The notes beneath the pieces were generated by a model. That model had not been told where the DNA came from, did not search any database, and worked only from the letters and a program-made list of their open reading frames with translations. Positions 18,008-28,064 of a DNA stretch of 56,640 nucleotides are shown here, one piece after another (position 1 is the stretch's first letter; every line of letters begins with the position of its first letter). The DNA is from an archaeon. GTDB taxonomy: Archaea; SpSt-1190; DYHY01. The translations under genes and the position numbers were made by a program. Location: positions 1 through 56,640 of the forward strand of contig JAZDJS010000036.1 of assembly GCA_043803745.1 (NCBI GenBank), in the 5' to 3' direction.

Positions 18008-21000
18008 CTTGGTCCTCCTGGCGCTCTTCTATTTTCATCCGGCAAGCTCCCTAAGCAAGATAATTATCGGCTCAAACACCAGGACCGGTCCGGAGCTCCT
18101 TTTCCTCGAGGGCTGCCCGGTTGGCTCTACCTGCACGGAGAACACGACCCTTGGCAGGGAATTCGGGCGGGCGGTGCACGACATACAGGTGAAGGACCTT
18201 GACGGCGACGGAATTAACGAGACAAGCGTCATGGCAACAGTCTCGGCAACTGCCGGATATTACGAGGTCACAACCTTAAACTGCGACCCGACCGGCTGCT
18301 ACCTTGTCCCGGAAATGAGCTTCGACTTTCCCTATGGAAGCACCGCAGGAGGCTTGGGAGACAGGCTTGCCTACGGGAACGTTGACAATTCCGCCGACGG
18401 CTCCCAGGAGCTTGTCATCGGGCAGAACACTGCCTCGACTGCGGCCGGTCGCTGGGAGGTCCGCGTCCTTGAGTGCGGGACTAACAACACCGGCTGGTTT
18501 GGCCTAAACATTTCCGGGAACGGGACGAGCTACAACTTCCGCGGCGCGGCAATCCTTGACGAACGCCGCGCATTCGTTGTCGGGGATGCGGGGGCAGCAT
18601 ACCGCTGGGACGGGGGCGCCTGGAACCGGGAAGTCCTTTCGACAACAAACAACACATATGACGTTTCCTGCGCGGATTCCGGCGAGAACTATTGTTTCGC
18701 CGGAGGGCAGGCTGGATTCCTTGCATACTGGAACGGGACACCGAACGTCTGGACAAAGACAATCCCCCCTTCCGCAACGCAGGTGAATAGGCTTGCCCTT
18801 CTGAACTCGACCTTCGGCTTTGCCGCAATAAACACAGTAGCTGCAACAACTAACATCTGGAGATGGAACGGGACAACCTGGACAGCGATGACAACCCCCA
18901 ACTCGGCATATTATGCAATAGACCTTTTGAACTCCACCTTCGGCTGGGCTGGCGGAACTTCGGGAATAATCGCGAACTGGAACGGGACTGACTGGGTTTC
19001 CACGGCAAGCCCGACAGCTGCGACAATAAACTCGATACACATCTGGAACGCGACACACGCCTTCGGCTCGACATCGACCGGGCAGCTTATCAAATGGGAC
19101 GGCTCAAGCTGGGCAGTTGACACTACCCCGGTTGCAACCTCAATCTCAAGGGTCCGGTATTTCAACGAAAGCTTCGCTCTCGCAGTCCCGGGAACCGCCC
19201 TCCTTGACGCATTCGTTTGGCAGGGCTCCGGCGCGACCGGGACCTGGACGGCGAACTTCACGAACCTCCCGAGGACTGCTGTCTGGACCGACCTTGCGGT
19301 CTACCGGAACCCAACAAGCGGCCAGACAACCGCGCTAGCCGTCGGGACCCTTGGAATCGCTGCCAAATACTCAAACGAAACAAGGAAATGCCACGAAACC
19401 CAGATGCACACCGACTATTACGGGATTGTCAACAGCATTGCGGTTGCTGACATTAACGATGACGGGGCAAATGAGCTTGTCGTTGCTGGCGGGACATATT
19501 CGGCAACGGCGAACCAAAACGAGCTCCAGCTCTGGAACTGCACGACAGGGACCTGCGTCCAGTCCTACAGCGGCAACCACGATTTCAGGCGCACTATTGG
19601 CGGATTCTACATTGGCGACGTTGACGGAGACGGCGCAACCGAAATCCTTGCCGGACAGACAAGCTCGTCTACAACGGCAACCGGAACCTGCGGAATCTAC
19701 GAGCTTTGCGCAATGAGGTGCTCCGGAATGGTCTGCACGAACTGCGGCGCAAACTGCAGGATTGACACGGCCCTCCCGACATATGGGATAAGCTACGGAG
19801 TCGGGATTGAGGCTAACCAACCAACCCAGGGGAGGATTATAGTCAACCTTGACAGGTCTACCGGGGCGGGTAACGACCTCCTTATTTACAAGATGGGCGT
19901 TGCGAACGGCGGGAGCGCGAACACCCTGACAGTTTCTGCGGGCGGCCTTAACATCGGGACAGGTTCCGCAGCCGGCCAGACGGTTGCACACGAGCCTGAC
20001 GTGATTCCCTATCTCTCCGGCTCCCGCGCCCAGATCCTCGCCCCTTGGGCATACCTGACAAACTGGACATTCGGGCTCCACGAATGCCCTGACGGAACGG
20101 CTGCCTGCAACTACACCTCTTGGTTCAACGCAACCGTTGCGACTTATGTAACGAAATACAGGGATTCGGTTGTTCTCACCCCTTATTTCACCTCAAGCCC
20201 GTCAGATGGTGGGAGCGACCATTCGGCTCCGACAACGGAAGCGGAATATGTCACCTTCTCAGGAACTGCAACAACGAGGACCGGGAACAACTGGAACCTC
20301 GTTGTCTGCAACTATCCGGACGTCCGGAGCGGCAATTGCCAGAGCCAGAACGGCCAGCTTTGCAAGAGCTCCGCGACACCCTCCGCAAGCCAGGCAACCT
20401 GCCAGTTCAACACATCAAGTCGTTCCGCAGGCAATTACTCCTGGTTCGCATATGCCTGCGACGCGACAACCGGCCAATGCTTCAACTATTCCCAGAGCAC
20501 CGGAACGAACGCAAGGCCCTTCTTTGTGAACGCGCGCCCGGTTGCTTCAGCGGTTTCAATCAGCCCGTCCAATCCTTCGACATCAACGAACTTATTGTGC
20601 TACGGAACAGTTACTGACGAGACATATACGGGAACAAAAGCATTCGTAAGCTGGATTAAGAACGGCGCGAACCAGACCTCCCTATTCAGGCAGGTTTCGG
20701 TAACGAACGGCTCGAACTCGCTCCTGTTCACAGTTCTTTCAGGCAACCTGACAATAGGCGACAGCTGGTATTGCTCGGTCGTCCCCTATGACGGATTCGC
20801 GGAGGGCGACCCGACGAACGCTTCAGCAGTCGAGGTCACTGACCAGGCGGGCCCGTCCGCAAGCGCAGTTTCCTCGAACGTTTCTAGCCTCGATTACGGC
20901 GCGGCAATCCTTCTTTCGGCATATTGGACAGATGATGCTGGGCTTTCCCAGGCGAAGCTCGAAACCAACGAAACCGGTTCTCTCCAGAACAAGACGGTCT

Positions 21001-23027
21001 ATGGTTCGCCCTTCTCATTCTCGACAAACCCCGAATGGGCGAATTTCACATGGGAGAACTCTAGCATTTACCCGGACAATACAATCCAGTGGAGGATATG
21101 GGCTGAGGACTCAAGCAGCAACTGGGGCGCAACCTCCCTTCAGACTTTCAACGTCAGGGATTCGAGCGAACCCGTTTTCGGGAGTTATTTCGAGAACGAT
21201 TCCGCGCCCCCGGTCGGCGGAACTGTCGGGCTTTTCGCATACTGGACTGACAACTTCAACCTTTCGGAGGCGAAGCTCGAGACGAATGAAACCGGCACCT
21301 ATCAGAACAAGACAACCTACGGCTCGCCCCTCATCTTCTTCGGGGCGGGCAACTGGTCCAACTTCACCTGGAGGAACACAAGCGTCGTTTCCGGGACGAA
21401 GATAAACTGGCGGATCTGGGCAAAAGACGCAAGCGGCAACTGGAACGTGACGCCCTACGAGAGTTTCCTGGTTTTCTCCGGGGTCGACAGTACGCCCCCG
21501 AAATACTATTCGGTCCAGGACAACACAACCTCAGGGCAGGCGGAATTCGGAGATGCGATAAAACTTGCAAGCTTCTGGCAGGACAACATCGGCCTCGAGG
21601 GCGCAAAGCTCGAAACCAACGAGACAGGCTCTTGGGGGAACGCCTCCCTGCTCACCCTTTCGGGGCAAAACGACTGGTCCAACTTCACCTGGGCCAGCGG
21701 GGCGGTTTCGGTCAACCAGGTTGTCGGCTGGAGGCTCTGGGCCAACGACACGAGCGGCAACTGGAACGTCACCGGCTACAGCGCGTTCAGGATTGTTGAC
21801 ACAACCCAACCTGCCCCGAGCGACCAGGGGCAGAACAATTCGAACCCCAACATCGGGGAAACGCTTCTTCTATACTCCTACTGGCAGGACACTTACCAGC
21901 TTTCCGGAGCGAAACTCGAGACTAACGAAACCGGCTCTTTCGTCAACTATTCAGCCATTTCCCTTTCGGGAACTTCTTCTTGGTCGAACTTCTCCTGGTC
22001 CAACGCGTCCCTCCTCTCGGGAGCCGAAATATACTGGAGAATCTGGGCCAACGACACAAGCGGCAACTGGAACGTCACCGGACTTGTAAAATTCACTGTA
22101 ATTGACACGAACAGCCCAGCAATCAGGGACGCCGGCTCCAATTCCTCGCGGGCATATCCCGGCGACACCCTCCTCATCTATGCCCAGGGCTATGATGCCG
22201 AGCTTTCCCACGCGCTCCTTTCAACGAACGAAACCGGCAACTGGGCGAACTATTCGGAGGAATACTCAAGCCCGGCTTACCTAGGCACCTCGAACTCCTG
22301 GACCTGGTCGAATTTCACCTGGCAGAACGAGTCGGCATCCGGGACAATCCACTGGTCGATCTGGTATAACGATTCCTCCGGGAACTGGAACAAGACTTCC
22401 GACCAAAGCTTTACGATATACGAGCCGTCCGTTTCGGCAAGCCCGGCAACGGTTTCCTCCTGCGGCTATGCATACTACCGGACGAGAATCTACAATTCCT
22501 CGGACGAGCTTGTCTCAGCCAATTTGGTTATGCGGCTCCTGAATCCGGCCGGCTCAATTGTCTCGACATCAAACATCCCCTCCTCAAGCCTGCCCGGGGG
22601 AATTTACTGCGGAGCGTTCCTCCTCCCCTATGGGCCGGCAAGAGGGACTTGGACAGCCAAGGCAACCTCAAGCGGCGTTTCCTCGAACAGGACCTTCCTT
22701 GTTGGAGCTGGCGGCCTTGACATATGGCAAATCCTTATTGACCTTTCCCTCCCGACCTATTACCAGAGCGAAAACCTGACTGCTAACTTTACGATATACA
22801 ACCTTTTCGGCGAGGGCGTCTCCGCGCTAGCAAGCGCGGAAAACATGAGCGCCTTCATAAGCTCGACCCAGCTGGGAATTGGGAACGTTACTGAGGTCGG
22901 CAGCGGGAAATACAACCTCACCTACGACCTTTCAACCTTCCCGACCGGAAGCAGCTATCTTGAGATAAGCGCGAATTCCTCGGGCGGCCAGACCGTGACC
23001 CAGAGAAAAGGCTTCTTGGTGATTTAA
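17970..23027 (+). CDS. Large secreted adhesin/surface glycoprotein (FG-GAP-like and W-x-G-x-x-W propeller repeats, tandem Ig-like domains), 1685 aa
   Basis: ATG 17970 after GGAGGA; signal peptide; DLDGDG, DINDDG and DVDGDG motifs; repeated WDGGAW, WNGTTW, WNGTDW, WDGSSW; five L(E/S)TNETG...W.NF.W...W.(I/L)W..D.S.NW repeats. Confidence 0.88.
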   Translation: MKYKKAFLAAGISLVLLALFYFHPASSLSKIIIGSNTRTGPELLFLEGCPVGSTCTENTTLGREFGRAVHDIQVKDLDGDGINETSVMATVSATAGYYEVTTLNCDPTGCYLVPEMSFDFPYGSTAGGLGDRLAYGNVDNSADGSQELVIGQNTASTAAGRWEVRVLECGTNNTGWFGLNISGNGTSYNFRGAAILDERRAFVVGDAGAAYRWDGGAWNREVLSTTNNTYDVSCADSGENYCFAGGQAGFLAYWNGTPNVWTKTIPPSATQVNRLALLNSTFGFAAINTVAATTNIWRWNGTTWTAMTTPNSAYYAIDLLNSTFGWAGGTSGIIANWNGTDWVSTASPTAATINSIHIWNATHAFGSTSTGQLIKWDGSSWAVDTTPVATSISRVRYFNESFALAVPGTALLDAFVWQGSGATGTWTANFTNLPRTAVWTDLAVYRNPTSGQTTALAVGTLGIAAKYSNETRKCHETQMHTDYYGIVNSIAVADINDDGANELVVAGGTYSATANQNELQLWNCTTGTCVQSYSGNHDFRRTIGGFYIGDVDGDGATEILAGQTSSSTTATGTCGIYELCAMRCSGMVCTNCGANCRIDTALPTYGISYGVGIEANQPTQGRIIVNLDRSTGAGNDLLIYKMGVANGGSANTLTVSAGGLNIGTGSAAGQTVAHEPDVIPYLSGSRAQILAPWAYLTNWTFGLHECPDGTAACNYTSWFNATVATYVTKYRDSVVLTPYFTSSPSDGGSDHSAPTTEAEYVTFSGTATTRTGNNWNLVVCNYPDVRSGNCQSQNGQLCKSSATPSASQATCQFNTSSRSAGNYSWFAYACDATTGQCFNYSQSTGTNARPFFVNARPVASAVSISPSNPSTSTNLLCYGTVTDETYTGTKAFVSWIKNGANQTSLFRQVSVTNGSNSLLFTVLSGNLTIGDSWYCSVVPYDGFAEGDPTNASAVEVTDQAGPSASAVSSNVSSLDYGAAILLSAYWTDDAGLSQAKLETNETGSLQNKTVYGSPFSFSTNPEWANFTWENSSIYPDNTIQWRIWAEDSSSNWGATSLQTFNVRDSSEPVFGSYFENDSAPPVGGTVGLFAYWTDNFNLSEAKLETNETGTYQNKTTYGSPLIFFGAGNWSNFTWRNTSVVSGTKINWRIWAKDASGNWNVTPYESFLVFSGVDSTPPKYYSVQDNTTSGQAEFGDAIKLASFWQDNIGLEGAKLETNETGSWGNASLLTLSGQNDWSNFTWASGAVSVNQVVGWRLWANDTSGNWNVTGYSAFRIVDTTQPAPSDQGQNNSNPNIGETLLLYSYWQDTYQLSGAKLETNETGSFVNYSAISLSGTSSWSNFSWSNASLLSGAEIYWRIWANDTSGNWNVTGLVKFTVIDTNSPAIRDAGSNSSRAYPGDTLLIYAQGYDAELSHALLSTNETGNWANYSEEYSSPAYLGTSNSWTWSNFTWQNESASGTIHWSIWYNDSSGNWNKTSDQSFTIYEPSVSASPATVSSCGYAYYRTRIYNSSDELVSANLVMRLLNPAGSIVSTSNIPSSSLPGGIYCGAFLLPYGPARGTWTAKATSSGVSSNRTFLVGAGGLDIWQILIDLSLPTYYQSENLTANFTIYNLFGEGVSALASAENMSAFISSTQLGIGNVTEVGSGKYNLTYDLSTFPTGSSYLEISANSSGGQTVTQRKGFLVI

Positions 23028-23437
23028 TGGGGAAAAACGCCCAGTCAAGCTTCGAACTCCTGTTCTCCTGGGGCCTGGTCCTCCTCCTCTTCACCGCAAT
23101 GATGGGCGTTTACCTTGACAAGGCAGGATATCTTGCGAGGGAATCCGACGCTCTCGAATCCCGCGCAATTGCCGAGGAGTTCGCCTCCGCCGCAAACTCA
23201 GTCCATCTTTCCGGTCCCGGGGCGCTGGCAAGCTTCTGGCTCAAGCACTCCCTGAAATCGGGGGAGAACTACACCCTCCGCGTTGTCGGGAACAGGGTTG
23301 AGGCGAACTGGTCAGGGGGCATTTCAGATGCGGCGCTCCTCTTCTCGAACATCAATTCAACGGGGAACATCTCAATCGTGGCCGGTAGGGAAACGAATCT
23401 CAGCGACGTCGGAGGGGTCGTGCATGTCTTCCAGTAG
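23027..23437 (+). CDS. Minor pilin (class III signal peptide)
   Basis: MGKNA-QSSFE plus hydrophobic helix; TAATG coupling with the upstream gene. Confidence 0.85.
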   Translation: MGKNAQSSFELLFSWGLVLLLFTAMMGVYLDKAGYLARESDALESRAIAEEFASAANSVHLSGPGALASFWLKHSLKSGENYTLRVVGNRVEANWSGGISDAALLFSNINSTGNISIVAGRETNLSDVGGVVHVFQ

Positions 23438-23954
23438 GCGAATGAGCCAGATATTCTCCCTCGACCTTGTTTTCGCAATGCTCGTATTCTCCTCGCTTAT
23501 CGGGGCTTTTTTCCTCCTGAATTCAAAAGTCCCTTTCCGGATTTCAAGTTCGCTCCTCGATGATTCCCTGCGGGCGGATTCCGAAAGCGCCCTGTACGCG
23601 CTCCTTGCAACTGCGGGAGCGCCCTCGAACTGGTCCGTTGAAACCAACGTTTCCAAGCTAACCTCTCTCGGGCTTGCCTCGACGGAGTTCGTGCTTGACG
23701 AGGCGAAGGTTGCGGCGGTTTTCGGGCTGAACTCGACGAACTATTCCGCAATCAAGAATCTGCTTGCCCTTTCCAAGCCCGATTATGAAGCGGAATTCTC
23801 CCTCAAGTTCCCGAACGGGACAAGCTCGCCGGTTTTCGGGATGAAGCGCAAATACCAGAACCAGTCCTCCTCGGTTTCCTCGGGATTCGCCTCCTACCGC
23901 GGGGAGACGGTTCTCGCGTCCCTGATTGTCTGGGTGGATGATTCGAATGACTAG
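23424..23954 (+). CDS. Minor pilin-like protein
   Basis: RRMS-QIFSLD plus hydrophobic helix; G.PSNW motif; GGAGG upstream of ATG 23424. Confidence 0.8.
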   Translation: MSSSRRMSQIFSLDLVFAMLVFSSLIGAFFLLNSKVPFRISSSLLDDSLRADSESALYALLATAGAPSNWSVETNVSKLTSLGLASTEFVLDEAKVAAVFGLNSTNYSAIKNLLALSKPDYEAEFSLKFPNGTSSPVFGMKRKYQNQSSSVSSGFASYRGETVLASLIVWVDDSND

Positions 23955-24354
23955 CGGCCGGTGCGGGGTCTTCTTCACAATCGACTCGATTCTCGCGCTC
24001 CTGATTTCAAGCGCGCTAATTTTTGCGACGATGTCAGCCCTTTCGAAACTTCCCTCCGGAGAACGGCGCCCAATCCAAATTTCCGAAAGCCTCCTTGCAA
24101 CCTTCGAAAAGAACGGGGTTTTCGAGCAGGCAGTCTCGAACTCCTCGGAACTTTACTCGGAAATGGAACTCGCGCCCCCCGCCCTCTGCTGGGAGCTGAA
24201 GCTTCTGCGCGAGGACGGACAGATTCTCGCATCCGCGAAGAAGGCCGGATGCTCCTGTACCGAGGGAAGCACTTTTGCACGGCGCGCGGCGGTTTTCCGG
24301 AATTCTAGCTCGACCGTCTACTCAACCGCGGAAGGGAGGTTCTGCTACCGGTGA
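23947..24354 (+). CDS. Minor pilin-like protein
   Basis: RCG-VFFTID plus hydrophobic helix; overlaps both neighbours as in an operon. Confidence 0.8.
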   Translation: MTSGRCGVFFTIDSILALLISSALIFATMSALSKLPSGERRPIQISESLLATFEKNGVFEQAVSNSSELYSEMELAPPALCWELKLLREDGQILASAKKAGCSCTEGSTFARRAAVFRNSSSTVYSTAEGRFCYR

Positions 24355-25184
24355 GGCGCGGAATCCTTTTCTCAATAGTCTTCTTCCTCCTTTTCCTCCT
24401 CCTCCTTTCTGCGGCAATCCTCTATTCCGACTATTTCAGGGCTTCCGCGCAGAACCGGGCGGCCGGAAGGAGGGTTTTCAAGGAGGGCTATTACGCCGAC
24501 AACGCGGCATCGAACGTCGCCGCGTTCCTCAACCTTTCGATTTCCGGAAACAGGAGCGCCGGGGAAACGACAATTTCCTTTTCCGACAGCATGCACCCGA
24601 TTGATTCGGACCTTGCCAAATACAAGGATTTCCTCGAGGGCAAAATCCTCCCGCTCGCGAATCTCGACGGAACGCTTGAGATTTCCGACTTCATTTCCAA
24701 CCCGCGGGTTTTCTCCGGCGCGGCGAACTATTCCTGGAACTCCCTTTCCAAGAATTCCTCGAACCTTTCCCTTTCAAGCGCGCCCCTTTCCGAGAAAATA
24801 GAAATAACCTTCACCGGCGAGAACGACACGGACGATTCCGGATGGAACTGGCTTTCCTGCTCCAGTTCCTGCGGCGCCGGCGAGTTCTTCCTTGAGCTTG
24901 ACATTGCAAACTCAACCGGGACCCAGATTGTCCCGGACGGCTGCTCATACGGCTGCCTCTCCGCCTCCGCAACAAACACACTTGTCATGAACGGCACAGG
25001 CGAACCCTTCATCCTGGCGGTCGGCGGCAGCTATTCCTTCGTTTCAGCAAAGCCGGGAGCGCTCCTTGAAATAGTCCGGAACGTTACCCTCGGCACGCCG
25101 GAGGAACTCGCATTCGAGGCGCCAATCAGCTTGCAGGTCTCGGGCAGATCCAATTTTTCAACCCTAATACTCACAAGAATATAA
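24351..25184 (+). CDS. Minor pilin-like protein
   Basis: MRRG-ILFSI plus hydrophobic helix; GTGA overlap; N-glycosylation sequons. Confidence 0.8.
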   Translation: MRRGILFSIVFFLLFLLLLSAAILYSDYFRASAQNRAAGRRVFKEGYYADNAASNVAAFLNLSISGNRSAGETTISFSDSMHPIDSDLAKYKDFLEGKILPLANLDGTLEISDFISNPRVFSGAANYSWNSLSKNSSNLSLSSAPLSEKIEITFTGENDTDDSGWNWLSCSSSCGAGEFFLELDIANSTGTQIVPDGCSYGCLSASATNTLVMNGTGEPFILAVGGSYSFVSAKPGALLEIVRNVTLGTPEELAFEAPISLQVSGRSNFSTLILTRI

Positions 25185-25216
25185 AAACGGACCGATTCGG
25201 ATTAACTGGAGGGAAA

Positions 25217-27136
25217 ATGGCACCACCAGCACAGCAATCACCGGACAAGCACCACACTGATTTCCTTGCGAGCGTCAGGAGCGAGGTCCATTCGCCTTTT
25301 CTCGAGGAGGAGCGCGTACAGAGGGAGGAGGTCGAAGCGAGGAGCATTGAACGCCTCAAGAAAGTCCCGGAAAAATCCCCCGTAATAGAAACGAAAATCG
25401 ACGAGTTCTGCCGGAACCTTTCATTCATCAAGGATTTCACGGACGATCTTGACCGGGTTGCCGGAAAGATGTCGGTCGACCCGGCGAAGCTCGAGCGGAT
25501 TGCGAAAGTGCTCCAGGAGAAGAACGTCGTCGAGCTGATTTACCCGACCGGGGTTTTCTCGAAAATAAGGGTGCGGCTCGTGACCGACCTTGAGAGGAAG
25601 GACAAGCGGGAAATGATCGGGCGCGCAATCGAGAGCTATTCGATTGTTGCCTCCGGAGTCCCGGCAACGGTGACAATCCTCGCGGTATCCGGGGAAATCC
25701 GCCCAGTCTACTGGGTCGAGACTCCGCAAATAGGACCATACACCGAAAATTTCCTGGAATTCCTAAGGGACGAGCTCGCAAGGGAAAGCCCCGTCCAGGT
25801 CGAGGAAATAACCGACCCGAAGAAGCTCGAGGGGCTCAAGGAGAAATTCTACGCAAGCTCGTATGTCAGGGTTTCCATAGAGTTCCCGGAGCTGTCTGAG
25901 GAATTCAGGAAGATACTTGCGGGAACGCTCCTCCACAGGATGTACGGGCTCGGCGACCTTGAGATACTTCTTGCCGACGACTACCTCGAGGAAATCGGGA
26001 TAAACGGGGCGAGCGCACCCGTAGGAATTTACCACCGGAAATTCGGTTGGCTCAAGACGACAATAGTCCCCAAGTCGGAGGTCGAGGTTTACAACTACGC
26101 TTCCCAGATAGGGAGGAAAAGCGGGAGGGACATAACCAGCCTCAATCCGATAATGGATGCTGCGCTGACAACGGGGGACCGCGTTTCGGCGACCCTATTT
26201 CCCATTTCAACATCGGGGAACACGATAACAATCAGGCGTTTCGCGAGGAACCCCTGGACAATCTCGAACTTCCTTTCCGGAAAAACCCTTTCCGTCGAGA
26301 TGGCCGCCTTCCTCTGGCAGGCAATCCAGTATGAGATGAACCTCCTTGTCGCCGGAGGGACCGCGACCGGAAAGACAAGCGCGCTCAACACCCTTTGCGC
26401 GATGGTTCCGCCGACGAACCGGGTGATAACAATCGAGGACACCAGGGAACTCACAATGCCGAAATACCTCGCCTGGAACTGGATTCCCCTCACAACGAGG
26501 GGCGCGAACCCGGAGGGGCGCGGCGAGATTTCGATGCTCGACCTGATGGTCGCATCCCTGCGCATGAGGCCGGACAGGATCTTCCTCGGGGAAGTCCGCC
26601 GCCAGAGGGAAGCGGAGGTAATGTTCGAGGCAATGCACACGGGTCACGCAGTCTACGCGACGCTCCACGCCGACAATTCGAATCAGGTTATACGCCGTCT
26701 TACGGAGCCGCCCTTTTCGATTCCGCCGGCCGAGCTCGAAGCGCTCCATTTGATAGCGGTCCAGTACCGCGACCGGAGGACCGGAATCAGAAGGACCTAC
26801 GAGATTTCCGAGGTGATTCCCGCCTCCTCCGGGGAAGCTCTCTCGGTGAACGTCCTCTACAGGTGGCGCGCCCGCGGGGACGTTTTCGAGCAGAAGGCCG
26901 AGAGCACCCGGCTTTTCTCGGACCTGTCCCTCCACACGGGAATGTCGATGTCCGAGCTCAAGGAGGATTTGAAAAAGCGGGAGCAGATACTTTCCTGGAT
27001 GGTTTCAAAGGGGATAAGTTCGGTGGATTCCGTCGGAGCGGTAATGGGCCTTTACTACAAGAGCCCGGAGGAGCTCCTCGGGATAATTTCCGGCGGCGGG
27101 GGAATCGAAGAGGTTGATTCGGAAATTGGCGTCTGA
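25217..27136 (+). CDS. Type IV pilus / type II secretion assembly ATPase (TadA/CpaF/FlaI family)
   Basis: Walker A GGTATGKT, TIEDTREL (Asp box), LRMRPDRIFLGEVR (Walker B), HTGH...TLHA (His box). Confidence 0.96.
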   Translation: MAPPAQQSPDKHHTDFLASVRSEVHSPFLEEERVQREEVEARSIERLKKVPEKSPVIETKIDEFCRNLSFIKDFTDDLDRVAGKMSVDPAKLERIAKVLQEKNVVELIYPTGVFSKIRVRLVTDLERKDKREMIGRAIESYSIVASGVPATVTILAVSGEIRPVYWVETPQIGPYTENFLEFLRDELARESPVQVEEITDPKKLEGLKEKFYASSYVRVSIEFPELSEEFRKILAGTLLHRMYGLGDLEILLADDYLEEIGINGASAPVGIYHRKFGWLKTTIVPKSEVEVYNYASQIGRKSGRDITSLNPIMDAALTTGDRVSATLFPISTSGNTITIRRFARNPWTISNFLSGKTLSVEMAAFLWQAIQYEMNLLVAGGTATGKTSALNTLCAMVPPTNRVITIEDTRELTMPKYLAWNWIPLTTRGANPEGRGEISMLDLMVASLRMRPDRIFLGEVRRQREAEVMFEAMHTGHAVYATLHADNSNQVIRRLTEPPFSIPPAELEALHLIAVQYRDRRTGIRRTYEISEVIPASSGEALSVNVLYRWRARGDVFEQKAESTRLFSDLSLHTGMSMSELKEDLKKREQILSWMVSKGISSVDSVGAVMGLYYKSPEELLGIISGGGGIEEVDSEIGV

Positions 27137-27158
27137 AGAAGGGGCGGGCGCCTGAGAA

Positions 27159-28058
27159 ATGGCGAGCTCCGAAAGCCCGGTCTTCTTCATCCTCAAGCCG
27201 AAAACCTGCGCGAGGATAATGAGGTCCGTGATTGGGATTTCCTACTCCCTCTCGGAAATCTTGCCGAGCGTCAAATATGACCTTGAGGAGAACGGGCTCG
27301 AGCCCGGCGAATACATGAGCGCCGCAATAGTAAACACGCTGATATTCTCCGCCCTCATTTTCTCGGCCGTTTCATTTTTCGGATACTACAAAGGCCTTTT
27401 CGAAAGCGCGCTCGATTTCGTGAAAATAACCGGCGTGCCGACACTCGTTGTCTTCTTCTCCCTTCTCGGCTTCTTCCTCTACTATCCCAAAATGCTCCTT
27501 CTCAAATCGGCTGAAATGCTCGACAAGGACCTAGTTTTCGCGCTGAAGGACCTCCTTCTCCAGATCGATTCCGGGGTTTCCCTTTTCGACGGGCTGGTCA
27601 ACATAAGCCGCGCGGACTATGGCTCGGTATCCGACGAGTTCAGGACAGTTGTCCAGGACATCAATACGGGAATGCCCGAGGACAAGGCGCTTGAGAAGCT
27701 CGCGATAAAAACAGAATCCGAGTTCCTTAAGAAATCCCTTTGGCAGATAGTCACCGCCCTTCGTTCGGGCAGCGGGGCGCAGAAAGCGCTCGAAAGCGTG
27801 CTGCTCGTCCTCGAGAAGAACCAGCGGGACCAGATCAAGGCGTACACGCAGGAGCTGAACCTCTGGTCAATGATGTACATGGTTTTCGCGGTCGCGGTCC
27901 CCGGGCTTGGCACGACAATACTGATAATAATGTCGACCTTCGCCGGAGTCGAGATAAACGAGACGATCTTCCTCGTCATGATCGGCTCCTGCGTTTTCGT
28001 CGAGCTCGTCATAATAGGTTTCATCAAGGTGAGGAGGCCAACCGTCCACATGCTCTGA
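27159..28058 (+). CDS. Type IV pilus membrane platform protein (TadC/T2SS-F family)
   Basis: Several TM helices; SGVSLFDGL..IS..DYG.VS.EF...V.DI..G...AL motif; follows the ATPase. Confidence 0.9.
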   Translation: MASSESPVFFILKPKTCARIMRSVIGISYSLSEILPSVKYDLEENGLEPGEYMSAAIVNTLIFSALIFSAVSFFGYYKGLFESALDFVKITGVPTLVVFFSLLGFFLYYPKMLLLKSAEMLDKDLVFALKDLLLQIDSGVSLFDGLVNISRADYGSVSDEFRTVVQDINTGMPEDKALEKLAIKTESEFLKKSLWQIVTALRSGSGAQKALESVLLVLEKNQRDQIKAYTQELNLWSMMYMVFAVAVPGLGTTILIIMSTFAGVEINETIFLVMIGSCVFVELVIIGFIKVRRPTVHML

Positions 28059-28064
28059 GGAAAG

